Below are positions 16,402-27,074 of a stretch of DNA of 64,000 bases, piece by piece. The DNA comes from Sedimentibacter sp. (lineage in GTDB: Bacteria > Bacillota > Clostridia > Tissierellales > Sedimentibacteraceae). The notes beneath the pieces were generated by a model. The model was not told the DNA's origin. It made no database searches and saw only the letters and a list, made by a program, of their open reading frames with translations. The stretch lies in the NCBI GenBank assembly GCA_032059885.1, contig DAMBZP010000008.1, forward strand, positions 54,961-118,960, given 5' to 3'. Position 1 is the stretch's first letter. Every line of letters starts with the position of its first letter. A program made the position numbers and the translations under genes.

Positions 16402-17862
16402 CTAAATATCCATATCTGCCGAATTTAGCTGCACTATTGAAATGTCATTTCCATCGTTATAAAGCTTGCTGCAGCTTATATCCTGTCTTACTCTGTACCT
16501 CATCCACCCTATTGTCACTCTTGTATTGGAATACATTACACCTTTGCATATAATCTTGTGATCGGCAATATTGTCTGAGGGCACTATTTCCTGCAGCTGT
16601 CTTTTCAATTCATATATATCGTTATTTATTCTTATCTTCATATACAGCAGTTGCTTTTGTACAGAGCTTTTATTTTCATTATCCAGAGAAGAACTCATAA
16701 TCAACTGCATCTTTTCCTCTACTTCCTTAAGCTCAGTGTTCTTATCATTCAATTCTTTTTGAAGCTTTGTATTCAACTTTTGCTTCTGGGACAATAATTT
16801 CTGTTCTTCCTGGTATCTCGTGAGATTTATAATAACATTAGTTTCGGGATTTGTTTTACTCCCTATGGTTCTGGCATAAATTATGTTTTCTGCCTGGCTT
16901 ACACCGCCTATTATTGCTGCTGTGGAACCACGCAAAATTATGGATTCTCCTGCTTTTACGCTGCTGTTTATAAGCGCCTCGGCATATATTGTTTTATCAG
17001 ATTCAATGGTAGCATTTTCTATATACTTGCTTGTCACATTTCCCTTTGCATGGATGCTTCCCTTGCCCATCCCATTCATACCCTTGCTTATTACTACTTC
17101 ACCATCAGATTTTATATAAGCGCCTTCCACCATACCGTGGATTTTTATATCTCCCTTTGCAGTTACAGAAAATCCCGCCTTCACGTCACCATTAATCATT
17201 ACACTTCCGATAAAATCAATATTTCCGGTAGAATTATCCACATTATCTACTCTATAGACATTCTCTACAAAAACCTTTCCCTTTTTATATTCAACACATC
17301 CGTCGGTACTTGCCAGAAGCTTAAGTCCGTCCTCTGAAATATATGTATTGCTTCCAAAGTTAAATGAAATGTTTTTTCCGGGTGTATAACTTACAGTTTC
17401 CCCGTATACATTGATTCCATCCTTTCCCTCCTGTGCGGGGATTATATGGCACAGTACAGTATCTTTTTTTACATTTGTCACATTATTAAGATTTCTGAAA
17501 TCAATGGTTCCATCTTCACTTTCATAAAACTTTTTTTCATCTGATATATCAAAATCATAAATAATCTCAGCATCCTTGCCGCTTATGGGGTCCATGCCTT
17601 GTGCTGCTACAAGTTCTTTTGAATACTCCTTGTTCTTACAATAATTTACAATATCTGCTTCTTTTATACCATATATAACTCCATGCTCAGATAAATAATT
17701 CATTATATCTTCGCATTTTATTTCTGCCTGGTTATCAAGAAGTTCAATTCTGATATACACTCTTAATCTGTTTGCCGAAACAAGATGACTTATATTATAC
17801 TTCTGAGCTGGCAAATCCACGGTAATATCTGAATCATAATCAATATTATCTAAATTATCCAT
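16402..17862 (-). CDS. FapA-family (DUF342) protein
   Basis: 486 aa. Repetitive beta-helix-like G-x-[IV] segments (GNIDFIGSVMINGDVKAGFSVTAKGDIKIHGMVEGAYIKSDGEVVI) followed by a coiled coil. Flagellar context. Confidence 0.65.
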   Translation of the reverse strand: MDNLDNIDYDSDITVDLPAQKYNISHLVSANRLRVYIRIELLDNQAEIKCEDIMNYLSEHGVIYGIKEADIVNYCKNKEYSKELVAAQGMDPISGKDAEIIYDFDISDEKKFYESEDGTIDFRNLNNVTNVKKDTVLCHIIPAQEGKDGINVYGETVSYTPGKNISFNFGSNTYISEDGLKLLASTDGCVEYKKGKVFVENVYRVDNVDNSTGNIDFIGSVMINGDVKAGFSVTAKGDIKIHGMVEGAYIKSDGEVVISKGMNGMGKGSIHAKGNVTSKYIENATIESDKTIYAEALINSSVKAGESIILRGSTAAIIGGVSQAENIIYARTIGSKTNPETNVIINLTRYQEEQKLLSQKQKLNTKLQKELNDKNTELKEVEEKMQLIMSSSLDNENKSSVQKQLLYMKIRINNDIYELKRQLQEIVPSDNIADHKIICKGVMYSNTRVTIGWMRYRVRQDISCSKLYNDGNDISIVQLNSADMDI

Positions 17863-17917
17863 AGCCGACTCCCTTTTTTATTTTTTTATCACAGCCCTAT
17901 AGCTTCGGTTTCTGTTG

Positions 17918-18625
17918 TTATCCTTTGAGGGTATTAATGGTCTGCTCTATTTCATCAGCTGTTTTTACTATGCTTGAATTAAGCTGAAATGCTCTTTGAA
18001 GCTGAATAAGTTTTATCATTTCGGTAGAGACTTCCACATTTGATGCTTCGAGCCATCCCTTCATTACCTTAGGATTTTCAAGGGTCTCATATTCAGCGTC
18101 CTCATTTGCTATCCTGTATAAATTGTCTCCTGTCTGTTCAAGATCCATGTTATTGGCAAAGGTGACAACACCGGGTTGTATATTGTTTATATCATCAGCA
18201 TTTTCCAAAATTATAGGCTCCTCCTCATTGTTTAAAACATATCCCCCTTGATATGTAAGATAATTTTCATCATCAATATTGGTGATTTCAAAACTTCCGC
18301 CTCTTGTATAGAAATTTTCGTCTTCAAACTGAACCATAAAGAACCCATCACCCTGAATTGCAAAATCTGTGGGAACTCCCGTCTGATAAAGAGTACCCTG
18401 GTCAAATACAACATCAACCTTGTTAATTTTTGAGCCGCTTCCTGCTTTCAGCTCTGTATTTGCACCCTGAACACCTCTTATGTTAGTGTACATCAAATCA
18501 GCAAATTCCGGCTTTGATCTTTTAAAGCCATCCGTCTGTATATTTGCCATATTGTTCGATATTACATCAAGATAATTCTGACTGCTCATGGCGCCATTTG
18601 TTGCGGTATAATATGCATTAATCAT
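17918..18625 (-). CDS. flagellar basal-body rod protein (FlgF/FlgG family)
   Basis: 235 aa. N-terminal SNNMANIQTDGFKR and C-terminal GWLEASNVEVSTEMIKLIQLQRAFQ rod/hook family motifs. Confidence 0.85.
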   Translation of the reverse strand: MINAYYTATNGAMSSQNYLDVISNNMANIQTDGFKRSKPEFADLMYTNIRGVQGANTELKAGSGSKINKVDVVFDQGTLYQTGVPTDFAIQGDGFFMVQFEDENFYTRGGSFEITNIDDENYLTYQGGYVLNNEEEPIILENADDINNIQPGVVTFANNMDLEQTGDNLYRIANEDAEYETLENPKVMKGWLEASNVEVSTEMIKLIQLQRAFQLNSSIVKTADEIEQTINTLKG

Positions 18626-18643
18626 ATAGTCTCCCTATCCTTC

Positions 18644-19396
18644 CTATCCTATTTTCCCTATTTCACTTACGGCCTTATCATTAACCATATCGTAAACTTT
18701 TAATGCCTGTGCTGCTGTCTGCAGTGCTCTCTGAGAAGAAAGAATTCCCGTTAGTTCTTCTGTCAGATTCACATTGGATCTTTCAATGGTTTTGTGAGCT
18801 ATTACAGGATAATCAATTAAATCTGGTTCCGTATCCGAAATAAACATTCCTTCCCTGAACTTGTTCAGGCTGTTATAATCAGGAAAATCATAAACGGCAA
18901 TGTTATCAACTACTTCATCATCAACAATTATGCTTCCGTCTTCAGCAAAGTTGAATTTATCAGTTCCTATATAGATATCACCGAATTCTCCCTGCACTCT
19001 TCCCACTCCTTCAAGAGCAAGATACCCCTCCTCATCTATATTAAAGCTTCCGTTTCTGGTATACACTATCTGTCCGTCATTATCTACTGCGAAAAATCCC
19101 GATCCCTTAATAGCAAAATCAGTCATGTTACCTGTTTCCTCCAATGTACCCTGTGAATGCAGTGTATTGTTTTCTTCCATTGTCCTTATGATTGAAACAT
19201 TGTTGATAGGTGTCGCTTCCTCATAAATACCATTTTGCTTATACTTATTTATCAGCAGACTGCCAAAATTCGTAGTTACCGCCTGCTCTTTTTTATAACC
19301 GGCAGTATTGATATTTGCAATATTATTACTTGAAATATCAATCTTTCTTTGCTGTGTAAGCATACCTGATGTTAAAGTGTAAATTCCCCTTGACAT
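18644..19396 (-). CDS. flagellar basal-body rod protein (FlgF/FlgG family)
   Basis: 250 aa. SSNNIANINTAGYKK and ERSNVNLTEELTGILSSQRALQ motifs. Confidence 0.85.
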   Translation of the reverse strand: MSRGIYTLTSGMLTQQRKIDISSNNIANINTAGYKKEQAVTTNFGSLLINKYKQNGIYEEATPINNVSIIRTMEENNTLHSQGTLEETGNMTDFAIKGSGFFAVDNDGQIVYTRNGSFNIDEEGYLALEGVGRVQGEFGDIYIGTDKFNFAEDGSIIVDDEVVDNIAVYDFPDYNSLNKFREGMFISDTEPDLIDYPVIAHKTIERSNVNLTEELTGILSSQRALQTAAQALKVYDMVNDKAVSEIGKIG

Positions 19397-19400
19397 ATCA

Positions 19401-20201
19401 TCACCTCTTATTTTTTTCAGTATTATCGTTTAAGTAATTTTTAACGCATTTGCCCATTTTCTGCAATGCTGATGAGTGTATCTGTGAAACTCTTGAGTTG
19501 CTTATATTTAAAATACTTGCTATTTCTTTAAGCTTCAACTCTTCCTTGTAGTAAAGTGAGACGACCATCTTCTCTTTTTCATTCAGCTTGTCCATGCTGT
19601 CAATCAACACACTGTACAGTTCCTTAGTCTCTATTTCATTTTCCGGCAGTTCATATCCTGCTAACGCTTCGGTTTCTCTCAGGTTTGCTTCTCCCAACAG
19701 TTCCTCGAATGAAAGTATGCTGGAGCCGTATGCATTGTTAACTATGGTATTATATTCCTTAATGTCTATCTTTAGGTGTTCCGCCACTTCATATTCGCTG
19801 GGGGCCCTTCCCAGTGTGTCTGTCAGCTTATCCTCTGCTTCCTTCACATTTTTATAATCGCTTTTAACCTTTCGGGGTATCCAGTCCTGCTTTCTCACAT
19901 AGTCTATTATGGCTCCCTTTACACGTATTGAAGCATATGTTTCGAATTTTACGTTTTTGGATATATCATACTTCTCAATGACTTCCATTAAGGCAATTAT
20001 TCCTTCGTTGACGATATCCTCCACATCTCCGTAATGCTGATATACGCCTCTGAGCTTATATGCTATTATCTTGACTATGTAGCTGTATCGTTCTATTATC
20101 TGGTTTCTCACATGGATGTCCTTTGTGGCATAATACTGTTCCCACAAATCATATTCATCAATTTTCACATGGCTTTTTTCAGTTAAAATCATACGCATCA
20201 C
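19401..20201 (-). CDS. fliA: flagellar sigma factor FliA/SigD (sigma-28)
   Basis: 266 aa. Sigma-70 region 2 (GIIALMEVIEKYD, FETYASIRVKGAIIDYVR) and region 4 HTH (LKEIASILNISNSRVSQIHSSAL). Confidence 0.9.
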   Translation of the reverse strand: MMRMILTEKSHVKIDEYDLWEQYYATKDIHVRNQIIERYSYIVKIIAYKLRGVYQHYGDVEDIVNEGIIALMEVIEKYDISKNVKFETYASIRVKGAIIDYVRKQDWIPRKVKSDYKNVKEAEDKLTDTLGRAPSEYEVAEHLKIDIKEYNTIVNNAYGSSILSFEELLGEANLRETEALAGYELPENEIETKELYSVLIDSMDKLNEKEKMVVSLYYKEELKLKEIASILNISNSRVSQIHSSALQKMGKCVKNYLNDNTEKNKR

Positions 20202-20208
20202 ACTTTCA

Positions 20209-22266
20209 TTAGATTGCTATATTGCCTAATGCTTGTATCTGTACAGAATTATCAATTTCATTGAATGACAGAACAACTGCTTTGTGATAAAACTGATCCA
20301 TCAGTTTTCTGAAATATACCCTTACAAATGGAGATGTCAGAACAATCGGTACACTCATTTCTCCTTTGAGCTTGTTAATCTGCTCTATAAGCTGGCCCAC
20401 AAGCTTCTGCATCATTTCAGGGTTAATGGAAAGATATGAACCCTTATCATTTTTATTTATTGCATTTATTATAAGCTTCTCAACATCTGTACTCAAGGTA
20501 ATAACCTTGATCTGACCGCCTTCTGACCATTTACGTGTTATTGTCCTCTTCAGTGCCTGTCTCACATATTCTGTCAGCATCTCAGTATCCTTAACGGATG
20601 TTCCATAATCACCGATAGTTTCAAGGATTGTTTCCATATCCTTTATGGGTATTCCTTCTCTAAGAAGGTTGCCCAATATTTTTTGCAGATTTCCTTGAGA
20701 TACAATCCCCGGAACAACTTCTTCAACAAGCAGTTCATTTGTTTTCTTAACATTGTTCAAAAGCTGGTTAAGATCCTGTCTCGATAATAATTCATGGGCA
20801 TGCTCTTTTATAACCTCTGACAGATGTGTTATCAAAACCGACAAGGGATCTATAACCGTATATCCGTAAATTTCAGCCAGCTCTTTTTTATCCTTTGTAA
20901 TCCATCTGCTTGGTATCCCATAAGCAGGCTCTATTGTTTCAATACCGTCTACCTCTCCGGTTAATCCTCCCGGGTCGAGGGCCAGATAATATTCAACAAG
21001 GATTTCTCCCTTTGCAACTTCTTCACCCTTGAGCTTAATAACATACTCGTTTGGATTCAGGTATCCATTGTCTCTCAGCCTCACCGACGGAACCACCATT
21101 CCGATTTCCTGTGCAAACTGCCTCCTGAACATTACAACCCTGTCTATGAAATTTCCGCCGCTGGATTCATCAACCAGTGGAATTAAGCTGTACCCGATTT
21201 CCATTTCAACAGGGTCAACCTGAATAAGTTCGTATATATTGTCAATATTTCTGAAATATTCTTCTTCGGATGCAGGCTCATTTTGAAGTTCAGTTTCAAG
21301 CTGCTCACTTTCCTTGATTGCATGGAATGTGTTGGATTTCAGAAGCCAGCTTCCCAATGATATGAGCACTGCCGCCATAGCAATTACCTGGGGTTTTGGA
21401 AATCCAGGTATTGTAGCCATAAGAAGGATTACAACTCCGGATATAATCAGAACAACAGGCTGTGACTTAATCTGATTTGTTAAATCAACATTAAGACTGG
21501 ATTCCGATGCCGCTCTTGTTACAATCATACTTGTGGCCGTGGATATAAGCAGTGCAGGGAGCTGTGAAACCAATCCGTCACCTACGGTTGCTATGGAGTA
21601 TGTCTGCAATACCTCTGTAAATGTAACCCCTCCCTGAACCATACCGATTATAACCCCTCCCACAAAATTTATGGCAGTTATTATAATGGACATTATTGCA
21701 TCGCCTTTTACGAACTTTGTGGCTCCATCCATTGACCCGTAAAAGTCTGCTTCTCTCTGGATATTGCTTCGCCTTCTTTTAGCTTCATTTTCCGTTATTA
21801 TACCTGAACTTAAATCAGCATCTATGGCCATTTGCTTTCCGGGCATGGCATCAAGGGTGAATCTTGCCGTAACCTCGGCAACTCTTTCGGCTCCTTTGGT
21901 AATTACAATAAATTGTACAAGGACTATTATCAAAAATATTATGAATCCAACAACTGCATTTCCTTGAAGTACAAAATTACCGAAGGTTGCGATTACCGCA
22001 CCTGCATTTCCCCCTTTTGTCAATATCAACCTTGTGGAGGACACATTTAATGACAGCCTGAACAGCGTCGTAATTAAAAGAAGTGATGGAAATACTGAAA
22101 ACTCCAATGCTTCTTTTATATACATTGTTGTGAATAATATAAGTATTGACAGTGCAATATTGATAATAAACATTAAATCCAGCATAAAGGGAGGTAATGG
22201 TATTATTATCATAAGTATTACTGCTATTATGAATAAAGAAATAGAATTATTTAATATGCTTTTCAT
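20209..22266 (-). CDS. flhA: flagellar export apparatus protein FlhA
   Basis: 685 aa. TM N-domain with FTLDAMPGKQMAIDADL and FVKGDAI motifs, plus a cytoplasmic C-domain. Confidence 0.97.
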   Translation of the reverse strand: MKSILNNSISLFIIAVILMIIIPLPPFMLDLMFIINIALSILILFTTMYIKEALEFSVFPSLLLITTLFRLSLNVSSTRLILTKGGNAGAVIATFGNFVLQGNAVVGFIIFLIIVLVQFIVITKGAERVAEVTARFTLDAMPGKQMAIDADLSSGIITENEAKRRRSNIQREADFYGSMDGATKFVKGDAIMSIIITAINFVGGVIIGMVQGGVTFTEVLQTYSIATVGDGLVSQLPALLISTATSMIVTRAASESSLNVDLTNQIKSQPVVLIISGVVILLMATIPGFPKPQVIAMAAVLISLGSWLLKSNTFHAIKESEQLETELQNEPASEEEYFRNIDNIYELIQVDPVEMEIGYSLIPLVDESSGGNFIDRVVMFRRQFAQEIGMVVPSVRLRDNGYLNPNEYVIKLKGEEVAKGEILVEYYLALDPGGLTGEVDGIETIEPAYGIPSRWITKDKKELAEIYGYTVIDPLSVLITHLSEVIKEHAHELLSRQDLNQLLNNVKKTNELLVEEVVPGIVSQGNLQKILGNLLREGIPIKDMETILETIGDYGTSVKDTEMLTEYVRQALKRTITRKWSEGGQIKVITLSTDVEKLIINAINKNDKGSYLSINPEMMQKLVGQLIEQINKLKGEMSVPIVLTSPFVRVYFRKLMDQFYHKAVVLSFNEIDNSVQIQALGNIAI

Positions 22267-23331
22267 TTAATGTTTTTCCTTTTCCCTGATTCTGTATACC
22301 CAAGCAAGTATCTCCGCAACCGGTTCGTAAAATTCCAACGGTATTTCATGATTTATTTCTGAATTTGCATACAGCCCTCTTGCCAACGGTACATTCTCAA
22401 CAATATTGATTTTATACTCCTGACCTTTTTCGACTATCCTCATGGCTATATTGTCTTTTCCTTTTGCCAGCACTATAGGAGCATTATCTTTTTCAATGTC
22501 ATATTTTACAGCCACAGCATAATGGGTAGGGTTCCTTATAATAACATCTGCCTTCGGAACCTGCTGTATCATCCTTCTCATTGACACTGCCCTTTGGCGT
22601 TCTTTTATTTTCCCTTTTACCTGAGGATCTCCTTCCATCTGCTTATACTCTTCCTTGACCTCCTGCTTTGTCATCTTTATATTTTTTTCATATTCCCACC
22701 AGGAATAAAAAAAGTCAAAAGCAGAGATTGCCGCAAATGCAATAATTACACTTTTTACAATGGACATTACGGATGTTCTCATAAAATTAACGCTTGATGA
22801 CGGAGCCACAGAAACAAGCCGTGGAACCTTTTGAAGATTTCCGTAAATAGAAGAATAAATCAATTGTGCAAGAATAGCTATCTTTATTAAGTTTTTCAGC
22901 ACTTCCACAATAGCACGAAGAGAGAACATTTTTTTAATACCGGAAAGTGGATTTAATTTAGAAAATTTAAATTTTATATTTTCTCCGGAAATTAAAAATC
23001 TTGTCTGTGCTCCCGTAAATATGACTGCCGCCAACATTGATGCAACCATCAGCAGGCCTGAGGATGCAAAAATGGTAAACGTAATATCCTTGAACACCTG
23101 CACCAGAAAAGTGCCGTTTAAGTCGTGGGTCTTGTCCATCAATGAAACATATTTATAAAATGCATCTGCAGTATATCTATAAATACGCGGCGCCCATAAA
23201 TTCAATATTATAAATGATATTGCTATGGAACCGACAGTAACTACATCCTTACTTTGAAAAACATTACCTTTTTTTCTCTCATCCCGCCTTTTTTTGGGGG
23301 AGGCTTTTTCGGTTTTATCTTCGCCTGCCAT
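22267..23331 (-). CDS. flhB: flagellar export apparatus protein FlhB
   Basis: 354 aa. GEDKTEKASPKKRRDERKKGNV N-terminus and NPTH autocleavage site (IIRNPTHYAVAV). Confidence 0.95.
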   Translation of the reverse strand: MAGEDKTEKASPKKRRDERKKGNVFQSKDVVTVGSIAISFIILNLWAPRIYRYTADAFYKYVSLMDKTHDLNGTFLVQVFKDITFTIFASSGLLMVASMLAAVIFTGAQTRFLISGENIKFKFSKLNPLSGIKKMFSLRAIVEVLKNLIKIAILAQLIYSSIYGNLQKVPRLVSVAPSSSVNFMRTSVMSIVKSVIIAFAAISAFDFFYSWWEYEKNIKMTKQEVKEEYKQMEGDPQVKGKIKERQRAVSMRRMIQQVPKADVIIRNPTHYAVAVKYDIEKDNAPIVLAKGKDNIAMRIVEKGQEYKINIVENVPLARGLYANSEINHEIPLEFYEPVAEILAWVYRIREKEKH

Positions 23332-23347
23332 AACTACCTTCCATTAC

Positions 23348-24118
23348 CTAAGTAATCAATACACTTAAGCTGTTTCTTATAGTGTCAAACATCAATGTTA
23401 CCAAATTATCTATAAATGTTGAAAATGTGGGTACAAGCATAATTATGAGCAGAAGCCCCGCCAGAAGCTTGAGCTGGACATTTACTGAGAAAACCTGTAT
23501 CTGGGGTATTGCCTTCATTAAAATTCCTATTCCGGATTCCAGTATTATTTCAATTGCCATAACAGGCATTGAAAGCTTTAATGCAAGTATCAATATTTGC
23601 TGGAATAGTTCAACCATGTTTATAAACATTTCCTTTGGTATTGAAAAACTTCCCACTTCTATCAGCTTGCATGAGGTTATAAATATCTGTATCATTGTTA
23701 TGTGCCCGTTTGCACAGAAAAATATAAAAATAAGTATTACATTTAAAAAGCTTCCTGTAAGACCCATTGACACATTACTGCTCGGGTCATATATTTTCGA
23801 CATTGACATTCCCGCCTGCATGTCCATTATTTCTCCGCTTATTACAACTATTCCAAAAAACAGGCTTATAATATAACCAATCAAATAACCGATAAATATT
23901 TCTTTTACTATCAACAGTGTGTATACAATAACAGACCCAATGACTATGTCTCCGGCAGGCGGAATAATTCCGTATACCGTTATTGCCAGGAATAAGCTTA
24001 ATGATATCCTTAAAAGAACCGGAAGATTACCTCTGCCCAATACCTGGTTGAAAAAAACGCATCCGCTCATTCGTGCCAATATTAATAAAAAATATGTGAA
24101 ATCACCTGAAAATGTCAT
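23348..24118 (-). CDS. fliR: flagellar export apparatus protein FliR
   Basis: 256 aa polytopic membrane protein in the fliPQR-flhB order. Confidence 0.9.
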   Translation of the reverse strand: MTFSGDFTYFLLILARMSGCVFFNQVLGRGNLPVLLRISLSLFLAITVYGIIPPAGDIVIGSVIVYTLLIVKEIFIGYLIGYIISLFFGIVVISGEIMDMQAGMSMSKIYDPSSNVSMGLTGSFLNVILIFIFFCANGHITMIQIFITSCKLIEVGSFSIPKEMFINMVELFQQILILALKLSMPVMAIEIILESGIGILMKAIPQIQVFSVNVQLKLLAGLLLIIMLVPTFSTFIDNLVTLMFDTIRNSLSVLIT

Positions 24119-24129
24119 ATCATTCCTCT

Positions 24130-24396
24130 TTAATAAACCTTGAGCATCAGGTCAAAAACATAATAGGTAAAATCGGACATTACTTCCATCATCCACGGTC
24201 CCAGCGCTATAAGCAGTATTGCGGTAATTAAAAGCTTAGGAACAAATGTCAGTGTCTGCTCATGAATTTGTGTGGCGGCCTGAAAAACTGCTATTATCAA
24301 CCCTATTATTAAGCTTACAATCAATATAGGAGCACCTATCTTTATGGCAGCTCCGGCGGCTGACTGCATAATTCCCATAACCAACGAAATACTCAT
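24130..24396 (-). CDS. fliQ: flagellar export apparatus protein FliQ
   Basis: 88 aa, two TM helices. LIIAVFQAATQIHEQTLTFVPKL is FliQ-typical. Confidence 0.9.
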   Translation of the reverse strand: MSISLVMGIMQSAAGAAIKIGAPILIVSLIIGLIIAVFQAATQIHEQTLTFVPKLLITAILLIALGPWMMEVMSDFTYYVFDLMLKVY

Positions 24397-24410
24397 TATT
24401 TACTCCTGTA

Positions 24411-25160
24411 CTAAAAGTTAAATGTTGTAACCAATGTTTTAAATAACAAAGACCATCCGTCCACAACAACGAACAGCAATATCTTAAAAGGCATTGAAAT
24501 CATAACCGGAGGAAGCATCATCATTCCCATTGACATGAGAACACTTGAAACTATCATATCTATTATTAAAAACGGTATATAAAGTAAAAATCCTATTATG
24601 AATGCCCTTTTTAATTCGCTTGTGATAAATGAAGGAATAACTACTGTAATGGGAATATTCTCAATGCTTTCAGCACTTGAAATTTCCTCATTATGAGCCA
24701 TATCCACAAACATCTTAAGCTCGTTTTTACCCGTCTGCTTGAGCATCCATACCTTCAACGGCTGGGATGCTCTTTCGTAGAATTCTTCCTGTGATATCTC
24801 TTCATTCTTATAGGGCTCATAAGCCTCTGTATTTATTTCGTCTATTACAGGAGACATGATGAACAGTGTCAGAAACAGTGCTATGCCGATTAATACCTGA
24901 TTAGGCGGTGTCTGCTGCAGTCCCAGTGCGTTTTTCAAGAATGACAGAACTATTATTACCCTCGTAAACGCCGTCATCATTATTAATATTGACGGCAGTA
25001 GTGTCAAGACGGTTAACAGAACAAGTATTTCGACTGTTTCTGCGGCGTTTCCGTTTATGTCCATATTGATTACTCCGCCATATGCCGTCTTAATATTCAT
25101 AAACATTATCAAAATCAATGATATTGGTATCTTATATCTTGGTATGTATTTTTTAGCCAT
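24411..25160 (-). CDS. fliP: flagellar export apparatus protein FliP
   Basis: 249 aa. TAFTRVIIVLSFLKNALGLQQTPPNQVLIGIALFLT and FLLYIPFLIIDMIVSSVLMSMGMMMLPP motifs. Confidence 0.95.
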   Translation of the reverse strand: MAKKYIPRYKIPISLILIMFMNIKTAYGGVINMDINGNAAETVEILVLLTVLTLLPSILIMMTAFTRVIIVLSFLKNALGLQQTPPNQVLIGIALFLTLFIMSPVIDEINTEAYEPYKNEEISQEEFYERASQPLKVWMLKQTGKNELKMFVDMAHNEEISSAESIENIPITVVIPSFITSELKRAFIIGFLLYIPFLIIDMIVSSVLMSMGMMMLPPVMISMPFKILLFVVVDGWSLLFKTLVTTFNF

Positions 25161-25215
25161 TGTTGCCTCTTTCGTGAGACATCGCTGCTGAATTGCTGCA
25201 GCAAGTCTGACGCTA

Positions 25216-25551
25216 CTATGATTTCTTAATGAACTTACTTATTATTTTATCAAACTCAACATTCTTCTCCGGTTTTTCCTCACTCAGCGGCAGGAAATCA
25301 TCCAGCTCTTTAAGCATATTTATATTTTTTTCAGTAATGCCGAGCAAATAATATTTATTGTTTATTTCTGCAATTGCCAGGAACTTATTTTGTCCTAACA
25401 TTATTCTGTCTGTAACGTTTATGTATTTCGACTTTAACCCGATACTGGATTTTGTTGAAATCCATTTTGTGCTGTAATAGGTCAGCAGCAGAACCAGAAT
25501 GATTCCAATAATTGAAAATATCAACAATAATACATCCTTAATTGCAATCAA
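25216..25551 (-). CDS. fliO: flagellar biosynthesis protein FliO/FliZ
   Basis: 111 aa, single N-terminal TM helix. It sits between cheY and fliP, as in Bacillus. Confidence 0.75.
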   Translation of the reverse strand: MIAIKDVLLLIFSIIGIILVLLLTYYSTKWISTKSSIGLKSKYINVTDRIMLGQNKFLAIAEINNKYYLLGITEKNINMLKELDDFLPLSEEKPEKNVEFDKIISKFIKKS

Positions 25552-25554
25552 CCC

Positions 25555-25917
25555 CTACCCCAGTATACCCTGAACAGTTTTTAGAACTCTTTCTGCTTTA
25601 AACGGTTTTACTATAAAGTCTCTCGCACCGCTTCTAATGGCCTCTACAACCATGGACTCCTGTCCCATAGCAGAACACATTACAATTTTTGCGTTTGGAT
25701 CTATTTGTCTTATTTCCTTCAATGCCTCAAGACCGTTTTTATTTGGCATAGTTATGTCCAATATAACCAAATCCGGCATTTCAGCCTTATATGTCTGTAC
25801 TGCGATCTCACCATCAGATGCTTCCATCAAATTTTCATAGCCGTTCTTTTTCAAAGTATCCTTTATCATCATTCTCATGAATGCAGCATCATCCACTATC
25901 AATATTTTATTATCCAT
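25555..25917 (-). CDS. cheY: chemotaxis response regulator CheY
   Basis: 120 aa single receiver domain (ILIVDDAAFMR...DITMPNKNG...KPF). Confidence 0.95.
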   Translation of the reverse strand: MDNKILIVDDAAFMRMMIKDTLKKNGYENLMEASDGEIAVQTYKAEMPDLVILDITMPNKNGLEALKEIRQIDPNAKIVMCSAMGQESMVVEAIRSGARDFIVKPFKAERVLKTVQGILG

Positions 25918-25939
25918 TTTTTCCTCCGTAAAATATCAA

Positions 25940-27061
25940 TTATAATGTTAACTTAATTAATTCGTCTTTTTTTATTATTTCAACAACTCTAACACCGAAA
26001 TTATCATTTACAACCACAACTTCTCCCTTGGCAATCAGTTGTCCGTTTACAATAATATCAACTGATGCTCCTGCCTGCTTGTCAAGCTCAACTATTGTTC
26101 CCTGGGAAAATTCAAGTATATCTTTAATCTGTCTTTTTGCCTTACCAATTTCCACACTGATTTCAAGCGGTACAGACATAATCAGTTCCAGGTTGGAGAG
26201 CTGCTCTTCAGACAGAGCCTCCTGTTCGTCATCAAACGAATCAAGTGTCATAGGTTTAACAGTAACCGGCGGCTGTTGTTTCTGAACCTTTTTCTTAGGA
26301 GCGCTTCTTTTTACAGGCTCTGTATAAGTATAACCATTGCTTTCTTCTTCGTATTCCCTGATGTCATCTTGATACTCATCCTCCGCATCATCTGTTTCAG
26401 CTTCATTGTTAACCGACAACTCAGTAATATCAGGCATGACTTCTTCACTCCTTTCCTCATCTTCCGAGCCCTTCATAAAACTATGAATAATTTCCCTTGA
26501 CAGCGGAACCGGCATTACATTTATAAACTGGCTTTGCACACTTCCTTCAATGTACAGCTCAAAGCTTACCGCGACTATTATATCTTCCTCTGAAAAATAT
26601 TTGTTTTTAAATTCTGTTTTATCATCAATTTCATAGGCAACAGGTGTGGAAATATTAATAGGCTTACCTAAAAAATCTGAGAGTGCCGTAGCAGCAGACC
26701 CCATCATCTGATTCATAACTTCACAAATGGCGCTTGTGTTTATTTCATCCATTTCGAATTCTTCATCAGGTATTTTATTGCCCAGCAATATTTCTATGAT
26801 AGTCTTTGCGTCTATCCTTTTCCATATCATTAAGTTGACGCCGTCCAGGCCCTCAACATAATTTATTTCAACCCCTATAGCAGGCTCAAGATTTTCATAG
26901 CTGAAATCTCTGGCAGTGATTACATTAACCGTCGGAACAGTTATTTCTACTCTTTTGCCCAGCAGTGTGGAAAGAGAAGTAGCAGAAGAGCCAAGACTGA
27001 TATTCATTACTTCTCCTATTACATCCCTTTCCATATCTGAAAAAATATTTTCATTTAACAT
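25940..27061 (-). CDS. fliY: flagellar motor switch protein FliY (CheC-like N-domain plus FliN C-domain)
   Basis: 373 aa. EVMNISLGSSATSLS / EVMNQMMGSAATALS CheC-like repeats and a C-terminal FliN domain (VPLEISVEIGKAKRQIKDILEFSQGTIVELDK). Confidence 0.9.
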   Translation of the reverse strand: MLNENIFSDMERDVIGEVMNISLGSSATSLSTLLGKRVEITVPTVNVITARDFSYENLEPAIGVEINYVEGLDGVNLMIWKRIDAKTIIEILLGNKIPDEEFEMDEINTSAICEVMNQMMGSAATALSDFLGKPINISTPVAYEIDDKTEFKNKYFSEEDIIVAVSFELYIEGSVQSQFINVMPVPLSREIIHSFMKGSEDEERSEEVMPDITELSVNNEAETDDAEDEYQDDIREYEEESNGYTYTEPVKRSAPKKKVQKQQPPVTVKPMTLDSFDDEQEALSEEQLSNLELIMSVPLEISVEIGKAKRQIKDILEFSQGTIVELDKQAGASVDIIVNGQLIAKGEVVVVNDNFGVRVVEIIKKDELIKLTL

Positions 27062-27074
27062 ATTTAGCTCCTCA

